Below are positions 10,337-27,930 of a stretch of 64,000 bases of DNA, one piece after another. The DNA is from Gonapodya sp. JEL0774 (lineage: Eukaryota), in assembly GCA_027604505.1 (NCBI GenBank), contig JADIIX010000103.1, forward strand, positions 1-64,000, given 5' to 3'. The first letter of the stretch is position 1. Each line of letters opens with the position of its first letter. The notes below the pieces were generated by a model. It made no database searches. It was given only the letters and a program-made list of their open reading frames with translations, and was not told where the DNA came from. The position numbers were made by a program, and so were the translations under genes.

Positions 10337-12927
10337 TTTCAGATGATGATATTAACACTCCTTCACGAAGTTTTTCTTGATAGAGATTTGGATTTGGAGG
10401 GTTGCAAACCACTTTGAAGAGGCGATTGATGAGGATATCCCTTTTGTACATATGTTTCCCTTGTACTTTTGGTGAGATCTAGTTGAGACCAGGCTGAGAA
10501 CTAGATGAAGGGAGTTGCCGTGAGGAGACAGTATCTCATTTATTTACAAGTGAGGGGTGGCATTGAATCGTGTTGAGATGGAGAGAGAATGCGGTGACTC
10601 ATAGTGCTCTAGTTTCATCACATAAAGCTTGCTTCGATATTACATTCCTACCACTTCGACCACCAAGAACGTCGTGTCCAAATGCACTAAGGCTTTGCGG
10701 GGACTATCATCGAGTTGTTGAAGTATTTCATTATCAGACTTCCATAGGTGTTATGCGGAGCCCGGATGCGTCGGGGTCTATTGCGTGGGACGAGAGTGAA
10801 CAGTTGATATATCTATGCAAAGGTCGCCACTTCACTCTTCCATTTTCTCCAGTTGTACATAGACAGGGGAGCAAGGGCATGGTATCTTGTACACGTCAAT
10901 GTCAAAGTCAAGCGCGTCGTCAGTGAGGTGGTCGGCGGTGCGACAAACTGTGTTTACTTGCAGGCCGCTTTTCTTTGACAGTCCGTCCCCGCTGGCGTCA
11001 ACATTGATTGTGCCTTCCACGTCCTTCCCCCTCCGATGGACAACTCTATTTTTTTATTGGACCCGCTCGGATGCCGTGACGCTAACTTCTGCAACGCAAC
11101 ACCACCCGAACTTTCAATTCTTTCGACGGCGTCAGCATGACTGCCCTGGGGCATTTTCCATCGAAGGTGATGTCCGTTTCGTCTCTTTGGAAGAGCGGAG
11201 TGTCTGACGTGTCCGTAGCAAAGGAAGGTAACACCAAACCCCCAACAGAACTTCGATTCCGATTGGAACAGAGCACGCGTTATCTATTCCGGTGGACCCT
11301 GTTTCATTTCTCCGATGTGCGGGAGGCATCACTCAGAGGTTGGATTGGGGGATGCGTGGATCGGGGCCTGACGTGGTCAGAGAATGGTGTGGGCCGCCTC
11401 TGCCAGCGTGGACGTCCACCTCCACTGTACCCACCAACCACATCAGCAGCAGGCACGGTGCCGGTGCATCCGGTGCATCCGCTCCCTGTTTTGTTCCCGG
11501 GCTTTGCATGACGCAGCAAATGATTGAGAGACAAATTTCACTTTGCTGTGGCGAATGAATGGGAAGGAGGGGCTGTTTCCCTGACTGGGAAGGTGCCGAA
11601 GTTCCGAAGCATGTCTTCTCACCCCCAATGTTTTCTTCCTATATCTCAAAGAGAGCAGATGAAATAAGTGCACGGTGCATGGTGCGAGAAGTGGAAAGTC
11701 CGAGCGAATTCGAGACGCTGAAGTGCGTTCTCCGCGTTGTTGACCACCAACGTCCCCGGATCGAGCGGGAAGGGAGCCGGAGCCGTAACCAGGGCAAGAA
11801 TGTTGATGTTGGTGTTGCGGTGTTGTCACGGCATACTCATAGTACATATCAATACTTTGCAACGTACTGGTTTCAGGCATCTCAGGCATCGAACCTTGAC
11901 ACCCCATGTAACTAATTACGGCGACCCATGTGACATGTGCCTCAGCATGTGATTCAAGAATTCTTACATTGGATTGTGGAGGCGGTGGAGGCGGTGGTGG
12001 AAGATGGCACCAAGTCAATGCGGAGTCAGTTACTTACAGTATCCGATTGTGATCTCTCAGGTACCTTCACAAAACTAGTTATGTTCATTGCCTCGGAATG
12101 TTTGAAGATCGAGATTCAATGACGTAGCCCCGCTGATTCTGTACTTCACATCTGTAATCGAGGAACAGAAAGCACTGGGGGTACTATTTGCATATAGTGC
12201 GGGAGATTGGATAGCATGACGACAATTCATGGTACATAAAGGAATTGATGAGATGAGCTCTAATGTACGACGGCTCCAGTACCAGGGTTGTTGAGATGAA
12301 GGTGGATGGATAGATTTCCGCCATCCATGGCATTTTATGTGCAGATCATCACAAGGGTGCCGGATACGCATGGTACGAATGGGTTTCATGGCCGATGTCG
12401 TTGTCCTTCTCCTCTTTCTGCAAGTACTCTATCCCCAACGGATAAACACAGAACAAGACTCGAATCGAAAAAAAAAATTCAGATTCTAGTAGTACGCGGA
12501 AATATGAGACAAGATAAGAGAGGGGTGTGTGACTGTCGTGTGTCCACAGTTTGGAAGGGAGGGCCAGCAGCAGATCTATCGGAACAAATTCGAGTAAGAG
12601 GCAAATAAAAAGGAGCGCAGGAGCGAACACGACTCACGAATCTAAAGTAATATCTGATTAGGGAGAAAAGAGCCAGGTACGTGCTCGTGTGGGCGAGAAG
12701 GTGAAGGAGGAGGAGGCAGACCACTTCGAACAAGGAGAGGAACAGGCAGTGGAGAGAAGGGAGTGAGGAAGAACTGAGGAAGGCTGGGAACGCCCCTTTG
12801 CTTTGGTGGAGTGGTTGTTTTGGGCGGAACAAGCGTCGACTAACTTGCCGACGATACATAGACCCAAAAGCATTTGCACCAAGACCATAAACACCAGCAA
12901 GCAACCCACACCAGCAAATAGCTGTGC

Positions 12928-16742
<3,815 letters not shown>

Positions 16743-17159
16743 TAGCTCATGGAGGAAAGAACTGCGGTGGAGTTTTGGTGGAGTGACACGGATGAGCAGA
16801 AATACTTATGGGCTTGATTTTGGCCACTGGAATTGCTGTTGTGTTTTGAGGCGTTGGAAGTCCCACCGAATGGCGCAGGTTTTTTCTGTCATGGAACTTT
16901 CGGCAAATGATGGGACAGGTGAAATGAAGTGTGAGATTATACGGACAACAGTACTTCGCGTGTTAGATCTCTCTTTCCTTTGCTTTTGTAACGGGGCCCA
17001 TGTTCCTCAGCATTTCGCGTACGTTGTTTGTCTGTCTGTCTGCTGAAGACTTTCAGAGTTATTTCATCCTGGTTTCGTTGTTTGACAAATATAGCATGGT
17101 TGTATTTGAGAATGATTACCTCCAATTAATTGAAGGCATTTGCGAACAAACACTCCATC

Positions 17160-20100
17160 ATCAATCACTGCCTCTACTACCGAAACCTTGTTCCCCATTG
17201 ATCATGTCCCTCCAACTCCAACAGACGTGGTTGTTGGGGTGGTCGGTCGTATCCGGGGAAGAGCTGGCAGAGAACCCGGTCTAGGTGCTGGAACTGAAAT
17301 TCGGGTATCTGATAAAACCTGTGTCGGGAGTGTATGGAGTGAGACAAACTTGGCCTTCAGTCGTACGTGTGAACCGTCTCCGTTCATCATGCGGGGTATC
17401 CTCAAGGTGGAAGCCGAAGGTAGGGGTGGTCGGGGAATAAATTGGTCCGCACAAGAGGCACGGAGCAGGTCGCAGTGGTTGCGAAGACGGTGACTCAGTC
17501 TTGAGGGAAGGGAGTGAGGGACACTATCGCCAGAGGAAGCGATGTTGAAGGTATTTGAAGATGAAAGCACTGACTCGAGAGCCGCAACGTAAGACAGGAG
17601 GTCTGAAAATTGATATCTGGAACTTTGTGTGATCAAAAAAAAACAATCCAGGAATGACACCCACCTTGCTTGACCCATTCGCACACGTCAAAAAGCTCCC
17701 GCTCAACCTCCTCTAAGGTTGCAACAGCTGGCTCACTTGCTGTCCTTTTTGGACTCCACGCTTTCTCCAGACGCGCTGGCTCGTGACTGTTGTGAGGATA
17801 TGCCCTCCCCAAACGCTCGCGGCCGGTTTCAACAAAACGCTCCAGGGAAGACGCAAAACCTTCGATCAGGCTCACGAGTACTTGTGACGTGTCAGAAGTT
17901 GTTGTCAATGGTCGCAGAGAGATTGTCGCCTCTTCAAAATGCTTCATTTTCCGTATTAAACTTGGTACGAGCGACCACACCGAGGGTGTGGCACACCAAG
18001 TCTCTCTTTCACCGTCCCCTCTTGCTGCACTGACCCGCCGCCCAAGCCATAACGCCAGCCATGCGTTTCCGGCTTCCACGGCCCCCTTGATGGCAGTGGC
18101 CATGTAGGACGCAACTTGCACATTGGCAGATTGGGTCTTAATGCGTGCAATTACCGGAGCTAGTTTCAGCACCGTGATCGCCAGTTCGGGAGCACCATCG
18201 ACGGAGGTAGAGTTTGCGTTAGCGTTTTCAAAAACGCATGTAGTTTCATTTGCCAACATAATTAAGTCCATTGGATCAAGTCTGGTGTCGTCACGGTCCT
18301 TGCTGGTGGTAGTGAGAACGGAACTCCACTGTAGTTTCAGCGAGGCACACACAGCTTGAAATGCAGCGGGATGAGCCAAAAGCTTGCGCACTAGGGATCG
18401 TGCTGCAGCCAATGGGATCGAATGAAGAGTCGGATTTGATGAGGGCAGCGCCGCCGTAGACAGTTTCTTCAACAACAATAGTTTTCAAAAGTTGTCCAGG
18501 TGGCGATAGTATATAAGTCCGGTACTTGAAGTCATTGCACTCACGATTTTCCCGCGAATCGCAACAGTTTCGAGCTCAGCGACAAATGCGATCCATTGCT
18601 TGGATAGCACTGCCATTCCCTCAGGCTCCGCATCCTCAACACTTGCCTCGATGTCCAAACTGTTTGACGCGTTGATTCTCGAGTCACGAAATGGCGCGGA
18701 GGACTTTGTGGAGTGTTTGGCCAGGCAAGGATGACGTGGAGATAACGGACGAATTAACGTAGGAGGTCCGTGAGCCACCAGGGCTGCAGAGGAAGATCGG
18801 GATTCGCAGACCCTCCTGGGTGAGGGAAGCCTGCTTTGCGAACATGCATTGGTGTGGGTCAAATCGGCATACCCCACAAGAGTACTGACAGTTCACTGAT
18901 TGTTTCAACAACACGGCTCCACTTCACCACCGTGGCCGACGACTCCTTCCACAAGCGAAAACGACGTTCCTTTGCTATATGATTCCCCGGAACACTCTGC
19001 AGTGCGACAAGAAATTTCATTAAGAGTTGATCGATTGGTAAAAGCAAAGATTCATGTTGTGAGGGAGTGACAGAGTTTTGGTGGTCCGGTCGAAGAAGAG
19101 CGGCAGATAGAAAGACGGCAGGGGCGATCGTCAAAGAATGAGGGCTTACGGGGGGTGTTTGAAGGGGGGCCCGGGGAGAGGNNNNNNNNNNCCCGCGCCC
19201 CGGCGCTTCGGCGCGGCCCCCGGCCCCGGCCCCGCGGGCGAGCCCGGCCCCCCGCGCCCGGGGCCCCCCCCCGGGGCCGCTCCGCCCCTAAATTAAAGGG
19301 TGGAGGCGACGGGTCGGGTGTTGGGGGGGATTTCACGCACGGGGGGTTCGTTGGTGTTGTTCAGAATTCTTAAATTGATTTCCAGGAGATTCGCTAACGT
19401 TTCAGTGATCACAGCATATCACCCACCATCCCACTGAGAATACGTTTGCAGCATTTGTGAATGCTGTGTGTGGGTCTACCCAGTGTGAAACCGAAGAGTG
19501 AAACACAGTGTCTTCGAGTCGCATCTCAGGTGGAGAGAAAATCCAGGTTATCACCAGGCGAGAGAGCAGAGCGAGGGAGGCGCCAAGAAGTATTGGGAGG
19601 GACCTGGCGCGGTTGAAGAGCGTTATCATTCACTCAGGCAAGCCAGGCACTCAGAGATACAAGACTCATATCGCTTCCAAAGTGCAATAGAAAGATTGGG
19701 AAGTCAGTGCACTCCGTTATAGCACTCTTTCATTCCGATGGTAGGAGACGGTCTTGAAGAATACCCACCCGCCTTCGAATTTATACTTCGCAACTCTATC
19801 TCGCTGTTCAAGATCACTCTCTAAAGCAGAAATCATGCCTGCCAAGAAGTCGAAGCAAGCGCACCATCTTGCAAGCCACGAAGAAACATCCGGTCGTCCC
19901 TGCAGCCTGTGTGTATTTTTCGACTCGTTTGTATCACTTCTGATGTCCTTCTCATCCACAAAAGCATACGATACTGCAGTGCAACCCTCGAATATTACGT
20001 CCACAACGATTCCTACGGGGTCAGAATGGTGGTGTACCAACAAGCTTGCGATAGACGTGGTGTCATGCTTCGGTACCCTTTGGAGTAACTGAGGGGGGAC

Positions 20101-20900
20101 TTTCGAATATAGCGGAGACCTTCGGAGGGTCAGCAGGTGGGAGGAGGGTGAGATGGTTGCTGTATCCGGTTCAGACTGTCGGGGATGGACGAGATTCGCC
20201 AGGGCGACTAAGAGAAGTACAGACACATCTGGCTCGTCCAGATCCCTTGCTACGGCATCGCAAACGGTGGCGATCGGGTCCCTTCCATCAGAAGGCGCGA
20301 TTTCCGGCTGCGGGAACCGCCGAACTCTGTGTGGGTGGTAACCCGGGATCAGCAGCGCCGACCACCTCAGATTACAAGGTGATATCTGAATGATAAGTAG
20401 AGACCAAGTACTTGCCTGGCTTCGATACACGCAGCGGCATTCGTCCGTGTCCGCAATGTTGACTGGCTGTCTGATAACACCTCCAATGCTTCGAACCACC
20501 CATCTCCCCCACCTTCTCGCTCGCGCTCTTGGTGTTCATTCATTTCAGCGCAGCATTCGGACTGTCCTTTCCTGGAGCTCGAAAAGTGGGGTCAAATTAG
20601 GTAACAAAACACCCACCCCAATACATGACACAAGCGTGACCATCATCATGTATTGTATGAGGGCGTATCACTCTTGCTGGAATAATCTTGCCAGCAGTCT
20701 CTTACATACAGAAAAAAAAATCATGTCTATATCTTATAGGTGGAATAATAAGCTACTGTACTGGGCTCGTGTCCTGATTCTCATCATTTGAACTGTCACT
20801 CGTAACCTCTAAAGCAGTGGTAATACCATCCTCCCTGACAACTTCGCCTGCAAATGAAACTCTGTGTTGACTGCTGACTTGTTGGACCCATGCTCATGGG
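17160..20900 (-). CDS. Large multi-exon protein of unknown function (helical, Leu-rich); ends approximate; spans an assembly gap
   Basis: Long minus-strand ORFs 17202-17684, 17633-18478, 19402-19629 and 19717-20499 separated by intron-like gaps; no family recognised. Confidence 0.55.
19145..19350. other. Assembly gap (10 N, 19182-19191) with low-quality G/C-run sequence
   Basis: N run flanked by poly-G/poly-C-rich sequence unlike the surroundings. Confidence 0.9.
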
Positions 20901-21082
20901 TATCTGATGACATGAAATGTAAGTGGAATACATTGGAACCTGATCGAATACGAAGGGCGGAATGCATAAATGCAGGCAGTCAACGCAACCACTAATCCGT
21001 TATCAGTTTTCCCCATATATCAGTACCACCCTCAATTTCACCATTAATCATCATCACTTGAGCATCTTGGACTCTACCTGCA

Positions 21083-22022
21083 ATGGCCTTCAATTCCAGC
21101 GGGGACTTGTTGGCAAAGCTCTCTCGAACAACAGCTCTGTCGAAACCAATTCAGAATCACCTCACCTCTGTGTACTCCTTCCTCTCTGTACTATTCCTCT
21201 CTGCGACGGCTGGGTGCTATGTCCATCTCTCTGGGATCTTCTCTGGAGGAATTCTCTCTGTACTTGTCGGCTCGGGTCTGGGGATCGCACTCGCGTTCAC
21301 TCCGCCAAGTTTGAAGAATGAGAGGACCAGAAAATGGCTTGCTACAGGAGCAGCTTTTTGCCAGGGCCTTTCGAGTGCGTTTCTTGCGATCCCTCTTATA
21401 GTAAAATCTCAAATTCTTGAATCGTAGCTTGCTTGTTCCAATAATTAGTTGGTCCGCTCCTGTCCCAATTCGCTCTTTCGGGCCACCTAGACCTTGTGTT
21501 TCAGGCCCTTTCTGCATCAGCCGTGGTATTTGCCTCTTTCTCAGCTGCATCTGTCATGGCGTCTCAGAGGGCGGTCATTTATGTGCTCGCGTTTGTTGGA
21601 TCGTTAGCCAGCACCGCTTGGTGGTTGGGACTTTGGAACGTATTTTTGGGATCAAGATCTACATACTCAATCGAACTTTACCTTGGAATGGTGTTGATGG
21701 CGGGATATATTATCGGTGGGTGCATTTGAGAGGGAATTTCAACGTGCTCAACCTCATCCCAGCCGTGTCTGCAGTGGACACGCAGATGATCTTGGCACGC
21801 GCTGAATTGGGCGCTCGGGATGTTCCTGGTGACGCCTTCACTCTGTTTGTAGATGCTGTGCAGCGTGAGTAAACTCGGATTTGCACTGAACGGCACGGAT
21901 TGTTCATCACAATTAACCATTTTTTGTTCGAAGTATTTGTTCGAGTTTTAATAGTCCTCGCCAAAAACAAAGAGGATAAGGAAGAGAGGGATAGGAAGAC
22001 GCGAGATAAGCGAAGGCGGTGA
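21083..22022 (+). CDS. Bax inhibitor-1 (TMBIM6) family membrane protein
   Basis: IQNHLTSVYSFL, ATAGCYVH, VDTQMILARAELG.RD...AFTLFVDAV, and a charged tail LAKNKEDKEERDRKTRDKRRR. Confidence 0.9.
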
Positions 22023-22601
22023 ATTGAACTGTTGAATTGAACTCTGTTCAAACTCCCGAACACGGTTGAAAAGTCGATTGTGTAATTATGATTTCAGTTC
22101 TCTGTAAAATTCCTAAGCGTTGATTCCATCAAATTACATCAAACGAGACAGAAACCACATTTCTCTGTGTCTGTTACTATCTTGTACATATCTGGGATGG
22201 TCCTCCTGTTTCCAACCTGAGGGTGCAACTGCGGGGAGTTGTGCCGGGACTTTTGTAAGGGTTTTGAGAGAATCCAGAAAGTCGAGAGTCGTGTATCTAC
22301 AGTTACCGCGGGTTTGCGAATACTTTTTGATCAGGCAGCGGGCCACAAATGTACACGCACTATATCTCAAAATGTCTTTGTTCACCACTTGCTCTGGGAC
22401 TTACGCACTCAGAATGTATCACCGTCGCAACGAACGATACCCGAATGGACAGCACGTGTCTATGGCGTCCAATTGTTCACAAAATACTCCGCCCTTGTCC
22501 TCTTCTGTTGAATCATCCCTTGCTTTGGAAATTGCAATAATTCTCTATAAGCCTCAGCTTTACTCACCTCCTGTGATCGATTATGGATATTCCACTCATT
22601 G

Positions 22602-23693
22602 CTATCGCCGCCCAAACACTCCAAACATTGCCAGGCCAGCCCCCCCCAACACAGTCCCGATCGCGTTGGGAGTAATTACAACTCTGTCAGCTTTGGAGAT
22701 ACCGTATAGCGTCCAGAGGAGCTGAGGGAGAGGAAGTATAGAGGAGATCGAGCAATGATAAATTGTCATGAGCGGTGTGAACCTCCTCCTTGAATAACAA
22801 GGAAATGATTCACCGGTACGAGAGTGGATGCAAGAGAGAGTGGTAGAGACATGTGGGAGGTAGATCTGTTTCGGATGGCATCTTCGTTCATTGTTTTATT
22901 GGGAGGGAAACCAGGCGATTAGTGTGTTGATGGCAGTGTGCGGGTATGACCCGAGACGAACTAGTGGCAGCAATAGAATCAACATCAGAGGATTCTTGGT
23001 CCTGCAGGAGTTACTTTGATGACACTTGAACTTTGCAATTTGGTGCCGTCGACTTCCTTCTCATTTTTCAGCAGGCTCCCGTGATGATGAAGCTCACCTG
23101 CCAAGCCCGCCAGAGGACTTGCAAACATTGCTATACTTCCAGTAGCGGCAAAGACGCCAAGAGCGTCTTCATCCCAAATTTTTACATAGTAGAGTGCGAA
23201 AATGAGGCCCATGAAAGCTAGTGCGAGGTGTTTCTCGACTATCCCACGAGGCTCTATAGGAGACACGGTCCAGAATGCATGAACCGCAAATAGAGAGAAG
23301 AGAGCACCAACGAGGTTCACAAGGCAGATAGAGGGGTCGGGAGTGGCGAGGCCATATTTGATCCACAGCGAGCAGCTGTGTCAGACAAAGAGAATGAAGA
23401 TGGTGAGAAGTACTATAGAGATTACGCCAAAGGGCACGCTCAAAGCGACCAGAGCTTGGTGGGAACAGTTATTCGACGTCGCTCAACGGATCCTAATTGC
23501 AGTAATTTCTGAGGGAATTATTACGAGCACTTTGACAAACAACGTACTTTAAAAACTGCGCGATGAATGGAATGTGGGACATGCCGCCGGTGGAGGATGA
23601 AGAATGGAAGTTTCGGGCGGACATCAAAGATGTTGTGAACAGTCCGATTGTTGTGACGACGGCCGCAAAGGGTAGAAAAAAATCCGCATCCAT
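22602..23693 (-). CDS. SWEET (MtN3/saliva) sugar transporter
   Basis: STGGMSHIPF, CSLWIKYG, LVNLVGA, SIAMFASPLA, LWTLYG...VITPNAIG: two MtN3 repeats. Confidence 0.9.
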
Positions 23694-23860
23694 AGATCCG
23701 TAGGGGGAACTGAGTGATGGAAGCCTCAGAGATTGATTTCGACTGAGATGGAATCAGATGTTGAATGATTTCTCATGACGGTCTGACTCAGAAGACAAGT
23801 GGACTACATACATAGTTGCACACGAACACAGTAAACTAATCCATTCTTCTCTCTTTTGAG

Positions 23861-25490
23861 ATGTCTGGAGACACGGTTGTTAAGGTAACTGTTTCTCTCG
23901 CTTTTCCATTCCCGTTGTCTTCTGTAGCTCTTTCGAATCTGCTTTGCCGGTGTCACTCAATGCCCCCTTCCCTGTGGTATTCCATCCAGGTTGCCAACGT
24001 ATCGTCGTTGGTCAGCGAGTCGCTTCTTCGCAGTCTTTTCCAGTATCTTGGCGATGTTAAGAGCCTGTCGCTCTCACCAAGGTTGTTCATTCCAAAAGTC
24101 GGGCTGGATTAAGTGCTGTTTTCTAATCCACTTTCATCTCACCCCACTTTCAGCCCACTCTCATCCTCAATCCAAGAGGGTACCGTTGAATTCAACTCCT
24201 CCGCTTCTGCCACAGCTGCTCTCCACCTCACCGGCACCGAGTTTGGTGACCGAACTTTGATGGTCACCACAATCACATCTGAACCTCCCACTCTCCCAGC
24301 AGCAATCCGTGGCGTCAAATCTGTTGGCTCTTCTCTCCAGCCGGGTGGTTACCTTGGTGTTTCCCTGGTGGACCCCGCAAAGGCGGATGCGATAAGCCGC
24401 ACCGTCTATGTCGGGAACGTCGCAACTGCAGCAAGCGAGGAAGAACTTTTGGCCGTCTTTGAGAACTGTGGGGCAGTCACAGCATCGAAGGTGGCAGGAG
24501 ACCCCTCTAAAGACACCAGGTTCGCATTTGTGGAGTTCGGTGAGTTTCAGCAAAGGTGTTGGCATCCCTCCAAGCGAAAACATGACGAGCTATGTGAAAT
24601 TGCCGGATTTATGGATTCCGTACACTCTCGTGTTCATATTGAATGTGGTTGAGATGCCACAGGGTTGTCGAGCACGGCCGACCGCCTACGATAATTCGGA
24701 TCAGGGGATCTTGTTATCGTCGCTTTGCCGTCCCTCGCTTCACTTAGGATCTTGGTATCAGCGCTTCGCTTCGGCTTACTCTGTAACACACATTCATATG
24801 TCTCGTATGGCCCTCGCACCCTCAACCCTCCAACCCGCCGTCCCCGAACAACAGCGACTCGTGAAGGCACCGAAGCAGCTCTGCGGCTCAACGGCGTTAT
24901 TCTCCAGGAGCGATCTCTCAAGTAAGTCATTGAGCTCTCTTGATCTCTTCAGGATGGCAGTGGAATGCAAAACTCCCCTTGCTCAGAATATCCCAATCAA
25001 AAAACGCCATCTCTCGTCCCGTCCCACCCCGCTCCGCTCATTCACCTGGCCCTTCAAATGGAGCAACTTCAAGTGCGGTTGAGAGGGAGGCAGCGATTAA
25101 AGCAAGATTACGGGAGGCACAGGAAAGAATCGGGAGAAAGTACGGAGACGGTGGAGGTAACAGCCGATGCAAGAGGGCGGAAGACCGTTACTTTGTGGAC
25201 ATCGATGAAACTGAAGATGTCATTCAAATCGTGCAGACCGCTCTTCTCGCTCCCGGAGCCCCCCTCCTAGAACACGCCGGCGCAGTCGATCTCGATCACC
25301 CTCTAGAACTCGGTCCAGGTCCAGGTCTCCTAGCCCAGTGAAAGAGCGCGAGAGGGATCGTGTGGATAAGAGAGAACGGGACAGGGAACGGGACAGAGAC
25401 AGGGATAAGTCAAGGGATCGACGGGAGAGGAACGAAAAGGAAAGAGATGAGAGAGAGAAAGAGAGAGTGGGAAGAGACAGGAGAGATTGA
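23861..25490 (+). CDS. SR-related splicing factor with two RRMs and an RS/RE-rich tail (SRSF11/SREK1-like)
   Basis: VVK|VANVSS..LFQYLG, ALHLTGTEFGDRTLMV, ISRTVYVGNV..TRFAFVEF, ISQSKNAI, then RSRSRS and RDRD repeats. Confidence 0.85.
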
Positions 25491-25718
25491 ACAGATGTTG
25501 AGGTGCGTGGATGTTCGATGACAGTTGTTTTTTCCCAGCCTTGTTACAGACAGCGGTTTCCTTGATTAAATTCCAGCGTTTTCTCCCCCTTCGCATCACA
25601 ACCATAATTATCATGCGACTCAACTCCACCGGATATTCGCGAGAGAGGTTATAGTAATTTCAGGCCACCCATTGTGGCACGGTTTATTACTACAAATGTA
25701 CCCTCTGTCAACTGAATC

Positions 25719-27786
25719 ATGAGTAAACTGGAAACGCTCGTCGACAAGGTGTGCTGATGAAAATTAGAATGATCAGCGTCGTGTGAATCATTTCAAAATG
25801 AGCTTTTGATGGCTTTGTCTGCGGAAAGTTAATTCATCGTTATCGAAACCGGGATGGCTCTGACAGGCAACAGACGAAAATAACACCGCAGAGGACTGGG
25901 GAGCAATATTAGAAATCACAGACAGCGTTAAGACTTCAGACTCGTGAGTTCTTCGAGCGCTAATTCGCGCTATTGTTCCTCCGGCGTTGAACCAATGGTC
26001 CACCACTAAGCGCTCGCACGGTAGTTGTGGCCCTCACATCCCGCGTCCAGCATAGGAGTTCAAACGTGTGTGCTGCCCTGAGTTTCTTTCGCATATCTTT
26101 GGTCTGCCTTATGCAGAATGCGGGTAATTAGGTGGTCTCCCAGGTCTTGGTAGTTGCGGACGCGATCGTGAAGAACTGCGGGATTGTCGCCCACAGGGAA
26201 CTTGTTTCTCGGGCGTTCTTAGACGCCCTTAAAACTCGCCTTTCGGATAAGGTATGCACCTTTCATCGGCTTCGCGGTTTCGGTTCTGCCGACGTGCTTG
26301 CGCAGTCCTCAATCTATTTGCCGCTCATAACGTTCTTATAAGTCGCTCCACGAGTCAGCTCGGAACAAAATCTTAGAGTCGATTCAAAACTGGGCGAAAT
26401 TATTCAGCAGTGACGCAAGTTTAGGACTAATTCAGGAAACTTATAGGAACCTCATGGCGCAAGGTGAGTTTGCTCAGTACCAAAAATTCTGAAAGATGAG
26501 CCCTCCTGTTAGCCCAAAATCTGATGTGTTGTGAGGACGCGGTGGTTGGTGGTTGTTCGGAGCTTGTGCTCGCCCCACATCATTCTCCGTCGTCGACCCT
26601 GGATTGGGGAATGTCGGTTTTCATCCATGAGACGGATTCCAGGAAAAAGTTGGCCCCTCTCTCTTGAATGGTGTGCACCCATAAAATATAGTTGTACGCA
26701 CCGCCAGGTCACCGTTTCCCTGCAAGCTCCAAGCCTCCCGTCCCCACCTCGAAACCGACCGCACTCGCTTCAAAAGCTCAATCTACAGAGGACGAGGAAC
26801 TCCAACTTGCTCTTGCCATATCTCTTTCCGAAGCAGAAGCAGCAAAAAGCAAACCTTCGCTCTCCAAACCTGCCGCTGCTTCCTCTCCTCCAAAACCTGC
26901 CCCCGCAACACTGCCTTCAACCTTCAAAGTCCGCGCTCTCTATGATTTCACTGGCGATGCCTCTCAAGGTGAACTGCCGCTCGTGCGTGGTGATGTTATC
27001 ACCGTCACAGATCAGACGTACAAGGACTGGTGGAAGGGCGAGACGAGGTCGCGCGTGGGGTTTTTCCCAGCTAACTATGTTGAACTACTTCCGAAGGAAG
27101 CAACAGCTGATCCCGAGGCAGAGCGAAGCGTCTTGGAGGGTGTTAGGGATGTTGACAGGTTCCTCATGATGCTCGAGAAAGTAGATCCGACGAGGGAGAA
27201 CTTGAGCGAGAATGAGCAGTTATTGGAGCTGCATCACTCCATTGTGACTTTGAGACCTAAACTAGTCCGGTTAATTGAGTATTATTCAAAAAAGAAGGGT
27301 GAGTAAACTTCATTGGGGGTTGTGACAACTGTTGGTCTGAGATAAACGCACCCACCGCATCTGTTCTTAACAACGAGCATAGAACAACTTCTGGACCTTA
27401 ACGACAAGTTCAACAAAGCTCAAACCTCGTACAACAACCTGGTACAACAAGCCGTCTCCGCTCAGAGGCAAGCAGCTCTTACAGACCCGTCTGTGCCTGG
27501 TCAGGGAGGGGGATATTATCCTCCATCTGTAGGACAATCCCAGCAATCCCAAACCTACTACCCTCAAGGACCACACATCACCCCGGCGCAGCAAACCTAC
27601 CCGCCCTCTTCGGGGTACGGTCAACCGTATGGGGGCTGGGAACCAGGTGGTCCGCAGCAGTCCCAGCAGTCCCAGCAACCACAGCAGCCCCACCACACGC
27701 AGCAGTCACAACAAGGGTATGCGGGATACCCAGACCCTCAAAACACTGGAGCTCAGGGATACACGGGATACGGGCAAGGGTATTGA
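25719..27786 (+). CDS. HSE1: ESCRT-0 subunit Hse1/STAM (VHS-UIM-SH3-GAT)
   Basis: VHS: KATDENNTAEDWGAILEITD, DAIVKNCG. UIM: EDEELQLALAISLSE. SH3: VRALYDF..GEL..WWKG..GFFPANYV. GAT: LRPKLVRLIEYYSKKK. Gln/Pro/Tyr-rich tail. Confidence 0.93.
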
Positions 27787-27930
27787 TGATATGGGCCAAA
27801 TCAATGTGTATGTGTGTTTCAATGAACGAGACATCAAAACCCCCACTTTAAGTCTCATGAACATTGCTGGTAGAATGACACTGGGAATGATTAGATAAAA
27901 ATATAATATGCACCACCATGCAAATGGTCA

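Noticed and set aside
19145..19350. Extremely GC-rich stretch resembling a G-quadruplex or foreign insert
   Set aside because: It flanks a 10-N gap and consists of homopolymer runs, typical of low-quality read ends
22120..22725. 201-aa plus-strand ORF between BI-1 and SWEET
   Set aside because: Starts at TTG, overlaps the SWEET 3' end antisense, and has no protein-like features
25230..25490. GA-rich simple repeat
   Set aside because: It encodes the RS/RD/RE tail of the splicing factor
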